Assembly (NCBI RefSeq): GCF_002571385.2
Contig: NW_019218041.1
Location: 311,231-375,230, forward strand
Origin: Stylophora pistillata
Taxonomy: Eukaryota
Direction: 5' to 3'
DNA length: 64,000 nucleotides
Positions 25,401 through 36,608 of this stretch are shown here, piece by piece (the stretch's first letter is position 1; every line of letters starts with the position of its first letter). A model generated the notes under the pieces. The model did not search any database. It had not been told where the DNA came from and was given only the letters and a program-made list of their open reading frames with translations. Position numbers and translations under genes: made by a program.

Positions 25401-28400
25401 CCTTTTTGGATTTACCGATGGTGGAAATACCGCGAATTCTAGACATATTGTATAAGCATACCAACGCGACAACTCTAACGAACAGTGAACTTCAAACGAA
25501 AACTTTGTAAGAATGGCTTAATTACAACTCATGGGGGTCCCAGCCGAGGTGAGCAGAAATTCCCAAACATCATACAGTGAGAAATAAGAAAAACATGAAC
25601 ATTTCGCAGTTAATTAATCGCGAAATCACCAATTCCCTCATATATTTAGACGAACATTTCGCAGTTAATTAATGGCGAAGTCACTGATGCCCTAATATAT
25701 TGAGACGAACATTTTGCAGTTAATTAAACGCGAAGTACCTGATTTCCTTATATATGTAGACGAACATTTCGCATTTAATTAATCGCGAAGTCACTCACGC
25801 CCTGATATATTGAGACGAATCATTTTGCAGTTAATTAATCGCGGAGTACCTGATTTCCTTATACGTGTAGACGAACATTTCGCAGTTAACTAACTGCAAA
25901 GTCCTTCGCTTCTGTAACATATATAAAGAGACATTTTTGCTAAATTTCATTTGTCTCTATAGAGTGACATAAATGCAAACTTTGCAATTGTAAAATCTCT
26001 CCTTAGAAACGAGTAGACAAAAAACCAACAACAACAAAGACACGAAACCAATTGACCAGCATCAACATTAGAGGTCGTAAATTAAATGTCAACTGAATTC
26101 CTACGCGTTGGTATTCTTTGTTATACGTCCTACATAATAATCATGGTTCACACAAAAAGAAAGAAACCAGAACACAACAATAAAAAAAGGGAAGGACCGA
26201 CAAACGACAGATGCATATTTGATAAGAACGTACATAATTTGTTTACTAGTAAAGAGGAGATTGCTCTGAAAACTTTGTAATTTGTTCAATAGTAAGAAGT
26301 GTATCTGTTAAATTACCTTACGGACTATTTCAAGCTCTTTTCGCAGTCTTTGAGTAGGACAGTTGATGCCAAGTATTTGAAGTCTAAGGCTATCATCTAA
26401 GGGCATATTGGCTGCCACCCAAAAAGAAAAGTCTGGAAATAAAAGACACCAAAATGTAGTTCACTGTTTTACCTCATGAAGGAGTTACATGTAGATCAAA
26501 CAGTTGGTGTCACTCTACTAAGATGCCTCCATCACGATCAGCTGTTTATAAAGTACTGCATCAATTTAAAGTGATATTGTTTGCCTATCTACAGACTTGC
26601 TCTGACTTTATTCTTGCATTTTTATCTGTTAAATGTACCAATGGTAAATAAGATTAAACATGCAATACTTGGATGCTTGCATTTTTCCCCTCAAGCTATG
26701 CTGAATGACATAACCATGAAATCAGCTTCCCTAAAATTACTGAATTATCTTCTTCTCATACCAAAGGAAAAATGAAAATTCTTTAATCAGTTTACCTGGA
26801 AGCATTAGCTTCTTAGAACTTCCCCATAATACTGTAAGTACACTAACAATAGTCTCTGTCTGGGGTAGAAATATGTACAGATATTTGTCTGCAGTATTAT
26901 TATTCTTCAGATGTTTGTGGAATGCAAGGGAAAAAATCTTCACCAACAGTGTCACCATTTACTGCCTGGGATGTTTACTTTTCACTTTTCAATTCCTCCT
27001 GGTATGATTTTATGAATAAACAAGCTTGCCCACTCTTCAAAATATTCTCTCATCTTGAATTACATTTCAAACTAAGACTTTAACTACAGTGGATGTAAGT
27101 TAAAGAATTGAGGAATATCACTTGGGGTATATTATGAGATATTCCCCAGATTTTGCTGGGGAGATTTTTGTTAGGTGATACATTTAGACCAATGGCACAC
27201 CAGCAAAAGTATTTAATGGATTAGAACCAATTATACCATCAACACTAGCTGAAGCACAAATTGTTAATCATCATTACCTATTGGTGATTGAGGAATGTTG
27301 TCAATACGTAGAGTTTCACTCCAACTTTTTAACTCTTTCTTTATCAAATCCATCAGGACAAACTAAAACAAATTTAAGTTTGACACAAAAGTGATTATTG
27401 GGTTTCTTGAAAAGCTTCCAAGTTGGTGTTAAGTGTTGTATTGTTGGGACATACTTTGTATGCAGTAAAGAAATGATTGGTACAGCGGTTGGTTGGATGC
27501 CTGGGGTGTTTAATATAAACAGTTTCCAGTAAAGTGTTATCAAGCATGGCACTTGCTTACAGTGACTGGGAATTTATTATATTTGATGGAAATACTCTCA
27601 AAGACTTAGCTCATTGAAAAGAACCTTTATGATCCAGTCTTTGAAGAGTCAGTGTTTAGACTCATGTGTTTCTGTCCTTTACTCGCTGCATGAAGACCTG
27701 GAATGACTGCCAGGTTGATCACGTGACAGAATCCAAACAATTTCTCCCTCATTAATAATTTTTACAAATTTAAATCTTTTTTAAAACTTACTGGATTGTA
27801 CAACTCATATACCCAGCTTGGCCATGAACTAAGACTAGTGGGTACCTATGAAGTTCAACACAATCAATGAATCAAATTCCAATATATAGGGTACCATTTA
27901 CATATCTATAGCTCTGTAACAAACTTGTAAATACACTGTCCTGTTTTTGATTGCAGACCAGTACCAATAGTCCATTCAACTCTTGTTTTGCATCATTTAA
28001 TGTTTTCGTGTTTATCTAAGATGACTGTAAGCACCCTGAACAGAATTCTCAAAATTTTTTTACATAAACCAACAACACCATTAAAAAAGATGGTTAAAGG
28101 AAAGAAAAAACTATAATTTTCATATTAGCAGTGTCTCAAGCTTGTTTCTTAGCTTTAGCCACACAGACCAACATGAGAGGAACTGTTTGAATAATAGCTA
28201 CGTGCAACTGTAACTGGTAACACTTTTCTTGAATAGTAATATTTTAAATCAACCATGTTACCCCATCAAAGTAAATTTGATGCCAACTCAAAATATCTCA
28301 CCTTGTGACACTTTTTCTTCCCTAATCTGTTTTTTCCTGAGGTGACCTGGTGTGGTTTTGCAAGGTAGCCATGAGTGGTTGCCTGGCAACCAAACTTGTG

Positions 28401-31034
28401 ATAGCAAGACCAAAGTGCACCCTCAGGATGAGAGGGAAGGTTGACTTCTGGTAAGACATGCACTGTAGCGAGTAAGATACTGAGCCAGGAAAAACAACAA
28501 TTTTATATGAGATTTCAACATTTACGCTCACTCCTTCAATCTAAAGATAACAAAGGTGATGAGAATTTCATTAACTGGTTGTAACCCTTTCCCAGTTCAT
28601 GCATTCCCATTGTTCTTCATGTGTTTCAAATTGTACAACTACCGTACTCGAATCAGTTTGACTTATCAACCAAACATTTTGGCTGAAAGGGTAATGAGAA
28701 GTTCTTTTAACAGGTCAAGTGTAAATCTATAAAGGGTGTTGACCAAAACACATCACTATCTTGTAACTTACCCATCCACTTGCCTACGCAGTTCTTTTAT
28801 TCGAAACCTTTGACGACCTGTAGCTTTGATCCGAAGTGTGTTGATTCCTGCATCAGACTCTTCTTTCATGGAGAATATTTCTGCTGTGGTTCCAATGGCA
28901 GCAAGCAGCTGGCTTTGGTTGATGCCGTATCTAGAGAACAACATAATATATAATAAATGCTGAAAGTACAGATGGATATGATATATTGAAAGACTTGTTC
29001 AGAGTTATGGAATTGAGCTTTTGTCTATTTTTACTTTACAAAAGTTTACTTATTTCTAGTTTCAAAAAGAGAATTAAGAACAAAATTATATGTAACATTT
29101 AGCACCAGGAATGAACTTCCAATTCCATTCCATAGCAGAAGAGTAACCCAAATGCGAAAAAAAAAAAAAAGCACAACAAAGAAAAAAATGTGATAGCATA
29201 TTCTCCAAGGGGGGATAATATCATAAATCTCTCACCTTGCATTTACCAAACCAAATGTTCTGTCTTTTTCTATAATATTCTTCATCATTGACACAGACTG
29301 GTGTGAAGAAGATGTACACAGTCATGTAGTTAATTATTTTCAATGCACTCATAAAAATTGGTAAACCAATCTTGTAAGCAAATAATACCAGATTAGCAAT
29401 ACCCCATCAAAGTGAACATATGGCTATCAGAAAGATAAAATCCTTGATTCATTTATTTTCTTTAGAGCCCTTTTCAACGCAGTTTTGAAAGACTAAAACC
29501 AAAGTAATCACAACATAGAGTAAGAACAAAGGAGAACATTACTAAGAGCCCTAGGAAACTCACAGAAAAGACATGAAACTGCCTGAGGCATGGGAAAACT
29601 TGAGCAACCAAATTTCATTGGTTTCAGGTTTGTATTAATTTGTAGTAGGGCAAGAGAGAAGTTCAAGTTTTCCAGACCAGTCATAGGCATAGTTAAGCAA
29701 AACCAATGAAATCTTGTAGTACTTTTCAAATTCTATTGAAAATTGCCTCAGTAAAGTTGGTCAAATCATTTACCCTGTGATGTAAAAATTAGTATATTAA
29801 TTTCCTAATGTTTACTACTTCTGTCCAAGTTCAAATTAATTGACCTTTAATCTAATGAGTCATAACTACATTTTCCAGAATTTTATACCTAACCTGAGGC
29901 TGAAATAAGTGAAGAGGAAGAGTTTGTCCAGGCACCAAAACAAGCTCAGGTAACATCAACAATGGAAGGGTGATGTGTGTACCAGGCTCATGGTATGTGC
30001 GTCCACTGAACTCATCCATCTCCTCACCAAGATACTGGAAGGAAAATAGACCACTATCTTATTTGTTACAAATTGAATGTTTCTAGTTATGAGTCCTAGA
30101 CTTCAGTTAATAAACGCTAATTGCATTATAATCCTTTCCTTCCCCACGATTACCGAAAGATAATTTCTTGTTAGGGTATCAACACAACATCAAGCACCTA
30201 AGAGATGAGAACACAGAAGAGAACTAACTAAGGGATTGCCATTTGATCCAACACCAAATTCTTACAACAAACTTCACAGAAAATGCATGGCAAACAGTAA
30301 GGAGAATTCACACTGAGATATTGGGAGTGGAAGGACTAAGAGAGTTTAAGATACAGGTGTAATGCTCACTTGATGGCGAGTGGGAAGTGACTGGTCAAAA
30401 TTCATTGTACACTCATCAAGGGCTCCACCCTCATCGCTATCCTGGACAATTTCAGCTGAAGAAAAAACACAAAACAAATACACTGAATGCTTTGCTAAGT
30501 CAGATCAATCCGTCTTTTGTGGCCAAATGTTAAAACATACAAAATTTAAAATACAAATCGAAATAAAAATTTATGAGCTTGCCTTGGAGAAAATGAGTTT
30601 ATGAATGCCGCGTTCAGAGTAACTCTAATCGCAGAAGCTGAAGGTGAACGTCAGTATAGTCTCCATTAATTTTTTTTAAGTATGCATGTTTTTGTCAGTT
30701 CAAATTTGTTTTAGTCCTGAATATGCAAGAAAGTTTCCGATAGATCAAGAATTCCAACATATAGCCCTTTTGATAATAGCCCAAACCATACCGGTGTATC
30801 TCCAGTCAAGAGAAAATATGTCAAAATTCATTAGTACTTTCTGTGCCTCGCTACCAAAACAAACCCTCTACTTCTACACCGTTTAAGGGACTTCCTCCAC
30901 ACAATAATACTACCTGCCGATTCACTTGTATCTGATTCATAATCACCCCTTAGGTACAGTTCAAGTTCACCATCGTATCCGTTTTGAACGTTAAGGTCTT
31001 CGTATTGCTCTTCGTCCGAAGACTCGTCCGCCAT
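22429..31034 (-). CDS. CRBN: Protein cereblon (CRL4 substrate receptor; Lon N-terminal + CULT domain), 467 aa, 12 exons
   Basis: Exons (-): 30914-31034, 30370-30455, 29894-30034, 29236-29297, 28772-28930, 28302-28479, 27792-27845, 27278-27362, 26317-26432, 23613-23674, 22991-23122, 22429-22636. Total 1404 nt, open frame. Motifs: [100 protein letters not shown]. Confidence 0.97.
24011..24593 (+). repeat. Tandem array of ~11 x 55-bp units
   Basis: Unit GGGAATCRGTGACTTCGCGATTAATTAACTGCGAAATGTTCGTCTGAATATATGA, starting at ~24011, 24066, 24121, 24176, 24230, 24273, 24328, 24383, 24438, 24493 and 24548. Confidence 0.95.
24594..24832 (+). pseudogene. C-terminal fragment of a Tudor/Spindlin-like beta-barrel protein carried inside the foldback element
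   Basis: [14 protein letters not shown]...[26 protein letters not shown], then after an apparent frameshift [11 protein letters not shown]. The pattern G-x-R-V...W-x-x-G-x-V...Y-x-V-x-F-x-D is Tudor/Agenet-like. The ORF-track start (24544) is just repeat sequence. Confidence 0.5.
25598..25905 (-). repeat. Inverted copy of the 55-bp array (~6 units)
   Basis: Units GAACATTTCGCAGTTAATTAATCGCGAAGTCAC... are the reverse complement of the 24011-24593 unit and are more diverged. Confidence 0.92.
29462..29730. mobile_element. Degenerate MITE in CRBN intron 3
   Basis: Termini tagagcccttttcaa ... ttgaaaattgcctc form an imperfect TIR; non-coding. Confidence 0.45.
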
Positions 31035-31282
31035 GTTTGTTTTGATTCTGCAACTGTTGCTAGTACTTCTGGGAAGACTGGCTGTCCTTGGCGGAAGTGA
31101 GACGTCATCTTTGCCCACTGACCAATCACAGAACGCTTCGTATGCTGCAGTTTGAAGGGAACATTCTGCTACGGAGAAGACTACACGTTAGCTTTGGTAG
31201 AAAACATTTGGTCGCTATTCTTTCGGATTGAAATTCTCTCGCTCATCGACTGTTTGCCTATTGAATCACAGATAAAAGGACT
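31035..31282. promoter_or_regulatory. Bidirectional promoter CRBN/DNAJB9
   Basis: Only 248 bp between the divergent ATGs; CpG-rich. ETS/GABP-type GCGGAAGTG (31091-31099), CRE/XBP1-like GACGTCATC (31101-31109) and CCAAT (31122-31126). Confidence 0.75.
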
Positions 31283-34200
31283 ATGAACTGTGACAATCTT
31301 GTTCTTCTGGTAACGGCGGCATTTAGTATCCTGGTGGTCGATTTGGCTGTAGCCAAGGACTATTATAAAATATTAGGGGTTCCTAGAGATGCGAACGACA
31401 GACAGATCAAGAAAGCATTCAGGAAGCTTGCTGTAAAATATCATCCCGATAAAAATAAAGCTAAAGATGCTGAAGCAAAATTTAGAGAGGTTGCTGAAGG
31501 TAGGTAATGTAATGTAAATTCTTGATTTAGACTTCAATATATCTCTCTTGAAATGTGTTTGTTGCTTGTGATTGAGCCTTAACAAGCGAAACAATCATAT
31601 TGAGCAAGATTTACCAGTTACCTTAACCAGTCTTTTTTTTAACATTTAAGTTGTATTGTTACTCGTCCGAATGAAAAAGGAAGTCTTGATTTCCTTTTTT
31701 ATGGATTATAAATTGGTAAAAAGCCACGACGTTAGTTAGATATCTTCAAATACCGGGTGTCGATTTCTGTGAATCTGTTATGTTCACTGTCAAACCTCTT
31801 GGCAGATATTTAAATTTTGTCTTGTTCGTGATGGAGAGACGATCGCCTCACTTCCTTAAAACGAATATTCTTGTTTTCAAAGACTGTTGGGTTTTAGTTA
31901 ATCTCGGCATTGTTGACATTACAGTGTACTTGTGGATTGCACAACAATGGTAAAATTCCACAACAATATCTAGACGTTTTATTGTTTTGATTTTTTTCCC
32001 AGTCGTGTGTGGATTGTCAACGTTTAAGTCGTTCTCCCAAAGTCAGTAGAATGGTTGTGAAACTTTGTAAAGGGATTTAAGCCTGCAAATCTCTACAATT
32101 ATGTTGTGCTTTCTTATTCGGAAACACCTTATTATTTTTTGAGAAGTGGTCACTTCACTATCTCGAGTATAATTACATGCGATGTACATGGATATATGTG
32201 AACACTACAGGTGTAAGATCACAAGGTACATTGTACAATGAGGCCAGATATTTTGAAACGGTTGTCATTTTTATTGTGGGTCTGAAGATGTCAAACAGTT
32301 GCCATAAACATTTCAGTTTCAACCTGAATTATTAAGTATCCAGGAACATTTTTATTCTCAATAAATTACCCATCAGTTTACAGACAGTTTTGATTTCTTC
32401 ATGTGTGTTATATTGTACAGATAAGAGACTTTTTATGATTGATTAAAGCCTCCACAATGGCTAGGTATCTGTCTTGTACTGTTAAAGAAATTTCAATCGT
32501 CTGTGTGAGAAAGAAGTGTAAATTGAACAGTGAGAAGCTTATATGAAACCATAAATTTCAGTTTACCAAACACTTACTGCTTACTTCCAAGTGCACTTTA
32601 CCCTGGATATTAAAACTGCAGAATTTGTTTTCAGTCCCTCAAGTAATCTTAAAACTGATTCTAAAACTACTAACCTTAGGGATGTTGTTAACAAAATTTA
32701 TTTCCCCTCTCTACCCATGCAGCATATGAGGTACTATCAGACGAGAAGAAAAGGCGGCAGTATGACCAGTTTGGATCAGAAGGGATGAATAATGATGGCT
32801 TCAACTTCCATCAAGGATTTCAGAGCTTTGATGATTTGTTTAAAGACTTTGACTTTGGTTTTGGAAATGGACACAATCATAGGGGAGGAAGCGGAGGTTT
32901 TAAGTTTTCATTTGGAGGAGGGTTTGATGATTTCTTTGATGAGGATGATGATGAAGATGACGAGGAAGATGACTTTTTCGGAGGAGGATTTAAGTTTGGT
33001 GGCTTTGGAGATTCATTCTTTAGTGATGACAGCTTTCATACTGGTAGACATAGAGATGACTTTTACTCTGAAGATAATGGGGATAGATTCCACAGAAATG
33101 TCAGACATTCAGAGTTTAAACAGACACAATCAAGTAAGTGAGATGTAAAAGTATATTTTACAAATTATTGACCAAAACGATCATTGATCAAGATTCTACT
33201 ACAGAAGAGCCAATGAATGTGGAAATAGCAACTGGCAGTGTTATTTGTTATCATGTGGTCAATGAGTGGTTATCCACTGTGACCACAGGGATTAACAAAA
33301 AACCACTGTAGTCATGGCTGGTAGGTTTACTAACTTCAACAGAAGACTTAAAACTAAAATAAACTGAAAAAGTACACTGATGACATATGCAAAAGTTTGT
33401 TGAATGACACTGTATAAAGAAAACATAAAAATAAAATTTGAAATGAAATGCTATACGGGAACTAATTAAACTTAGTACATGAAATACACTTATTTACCTT
33501 GTCCAGCCTTAGGATCGTGAAATGGACAACAAAAACGCGCTAAATAACTATAAATCTTGCAAAGGTTTGAGTCAACTAACTTGTAATCTGCAAGAGGAAA
33601 AACACACTGTTCATGTGACTGAAATGGCATGAAAACTTAACCATGCACAAACTGGGCTAGTTACAGTCACTTTTACAATGTCTCAAAGGTAGTACAGGGA
33701 AAAGAACAGTACAGCTCAGAGGTACATGGCTAATGCACATGCAAAACCTTTGCTTGTTTTTTGCATTACGCACAAAAAAGTGCAGTCAAAAGTGCATATC
33801 TTAAGTGTGTTTTAACTTTTGTTATTCAATGCAGTCAGCTTACTTTAGTTTCTCATCAAATCATTGTGATAAACTGTTGTTTAGTACCTTCACCGCCATC
33901 CACTGAAATGTATCTTTGGTTCTGGAATTGAAATATAGTAGGCTAGCAGTAGTGAGGTGCATGCCATGGTGAAGAAAATAGCAGGTGTTCCACAGATCTT
34001 AGCTTTCCAGGTTTTGTGTTCATGTAGGGTTAGTGAAGAATTGTGAATGAGTTTATTGTTGCACTGCCTTTGAATGCATCTTTTTGTTAAATAACAGTTA
34101 ATTCCAGTATAATTATATGGCAAGGTTTTCATTAGGTAGATCTGAGCATTCTGATTGGTTCTTACTTGCTGGGCAGTATTTTCCCATATAGACCATATTT

Positions 34201-34623
34201 GTAGGAATGGTCACAAGCTGTGTAATTTTGTTTTCTAAAGCCGGCAAATTCAAAATAAAAAGTTTGGTCTGAGTGCCAAATAAAGTAAATATGTGAACCA
34301 CTAATAATACTAATCTCCCTTGCTGGAGCTGTACTTGGGACTATTGGTCCTCAATCGTTTTTGTACAGATGTTGCTGTGCTTGATCTGTACTTGCACGAC
34401 CTTAGGCCAATATATTCCTCAATATCGGCCTCACACTCACTTAGCAAGAAGTTAATGTTTATTGAAGATATCTTTCAATTTTTGTAAGTGACTTGATGCA
34501 AATTATTTTTTTATCTGTATGTTATTAACATCATACATCTTTTGATCTTTAGGAGGTAGAAGTTGCAGAACTGTCACAAGGAAAGTGGGAAACATGGTTA
34601 CAACTTTTACAGATTGTTCATAG
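31283..34623 (+). CDS. DNAJB9: DnaJ homolog subfamily B member 9 (ERdj4/MDG1), 232 aa, 3 exons
   Basis: Exons 31283-31499, 32723-33133, 34553-34623 (699 nt). Signal peptide, J-domain (DYYKILGV...KYHPDK...[15 protein letters not shown]), G/F-rich region, and the diagnostic C-terminus [19 protein letters not shown]. Confidence 0.95.
34113..34456. mobile_element. Decayed interspersed repeat in DNAJB9 intron 2
   Basis: Contains ttctgattggttc and a ggccaatatattcctcaatatcggcctcacactcacttagcaagaagttaat end resembling common cnidarian non-autonomous elements. Recognised from memory only. Confidence 0.35.
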
Positions 34624-36608
34624 GGATGGTATCGACTATTTTGTAGATTATAATTTTCTTGGGACAGGGAATTGACAAGTGTAGTAGGGAAACTTATCAT
34701 AATCAAACTGGATTAAGTAGTGCCACAGGTAGCTGAAGTAACTGATACACTGCTGTTAACTACAGCTTGTAGGAAATTACATGGAACAATCTAGCTTTTA
34801 CAGAAAGGTTATTTAATTATGTTCAGCGATGTTTTCAGTTAATTCACAATGCTAACAGAGGGAACATTGTTGAGTTAAGTGAATCTGAACAGAACAAGAT
34901 TAATTTACTCATAGTTTAAGCGATGGGTTCAAATGTAGGCAAAACTTGAATGGTAGCTCAAGTTGACAGTCCCCTAGTACGTGTGGTGGGCAAAGGGAAT
35001 GGGGTGAGCAAAACATTTGTGGCAATAGGGCAGAAAGTTACTAATGAAAATTGTCTATTCTAAGGCAGAAGGATTAATATATTTTTGTGAAGAATTATCG
35101 AGTGTTTTATTTGTTTGAAGGTTCTCTCAACTACCTGTGGCACTGAGGGTGGTATGATATTTTTTCTTCAATCAGAATGACTTATATACTGAAAAAAAAT
35201 CTCTTTTTGTTCTTTGTTTGTACCAGAAGGAATTTTTTGAAAGATTTCTACAATATTTAAAGTGAAATAGTAGTGAAGGATTCACTGTTTGCCATTAAAT
35301 GCGGTTAACTCTGAAATTTAGTGATATGTGTATGATTAAGGTACACAAGAATTACTTATTTAGCAAGTCACTGTAAAGTAATATAGAATTTGTCTGTACA
35401 TATTTGTACATGGAATAAAATCACAATTTCTTAAAAATTTATCCTTGTTTTGATGAGATCTTTTAAAACATCTCTGAATTTTTCTGGTAGAGTTCTGAAA
35501 AAGGGGTTCCTTGTAAATAATGATTTCTTGAGGACCTTAGCACAAAATGTCAAGTATGATGGGATAGGTGCATCAAATTTCCTGGCTGTAGATGCTAAAG
35601 AATGGATGATAAGCAAAATTTGTTTGTAACTGCATTTTACATGTACTTGTTAATGATTCTGTCCACATGAGGGGAGACAAGTTAGGTACATCTGTCATCT
35701 GCAAGAATCTCTCAGTCTGCTGTAGAACTTTTAATTTAATGATGTTTTAAGACATTATTTCTGCCTTGGCTTGAATATTGAATGTCACTTTTAACTAAAC
35801 CATTCTCTTGCCAGTGCAAAGGAAATACAGGTCAGAGTAACCCCAGTAGCCTAAAAGAAATGCAGTTAAAAATATTTAGGGAACCCCTATCAAGGAACCT
35901 GCCCTTACTACTTAGAAAGGGCTTAGGACTCTAAAGGAGGCTCAAACTGTCAGAGTTAAAGGCTCAGAGAGGTTTGATTACTTTTAAACAGTTATTCTTT
36001 CATGGATCATAGCTTCTGGACTTTCTGTTTTGTTTCCTTAAGATAGCTATATAAAAGATGCCCAATTGAGTATTTCTCAACCTTCTTTTTTCTTTTCTTT
36101 TTATAGTTAATGATACCACAGCAACCCTTTCTCTGAATCTTTCTCTGCAAATAGTTCAGAAAGAAAACAATTTATTGACTTAAGCAGTTAGTGAAGCTTA
36201 CATTTTCCAAGCAAAGCTGCATCACATTTCACCTTGTGTGGCAGCTGTGTTCATTGAAATTTATATTCTCAAAACAACCAAACTATTGATTGTTCTGGTG
36301 CTTAGCTGATTTTCCAGACTGAAAATGCAAAGGTACTTTCACTATTTATCCCACTAGAATGTACAGTTAAGAGAACAAGTTTCAATGATGCATTTTCTGA
36401 TATTTTATTTTTTCAAGGAAAAAAAAACAAACTAATAAACAGAACTATGAATGCTACTAGATATGTTACCAGTATATACAACATTTATACTGCATTCTTT
36501 TCCCACATCAACCACAGTGATGAAACCAACACTTCCTGGTGGCCCACTGTTTATACTCGGTTCATAATGTTCAGTGGCAACTACATTGGCTGAGTGAACA
36601 GCCCCATG

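Larger units (their letters stand above)
23874..25963. mobile_element. Foldback-type DNA transposon derivative with inverted subterminal 55-bp arrays, in CRBN intron 9
   Basis: Imperfect TIRs TCTATAGAGAaattATGAAAaTTtGCAA (23874) and the reverse complement ending TCTCTATAGA (25963). About 11 units on the left, about 6 inverted units on the right, and a ~1 kb core with ORF remnants. Confidence 0.75.

Noticed and set aside
27640-27700. Alternative CRBN exon (VFMQRVKD...) and a similar candidate at 26795-26832
   Set aside because: The first runs into a stop. The exon at 27278-27362 ([28 protein letters not shown]) fits homology and phase much better than either.
30831-31118. 95-aa ORF as an independent gene
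   Set aside because: It is CRBN exon 1 plus promoter and intron read-through; the real start is the ATG at 31034.
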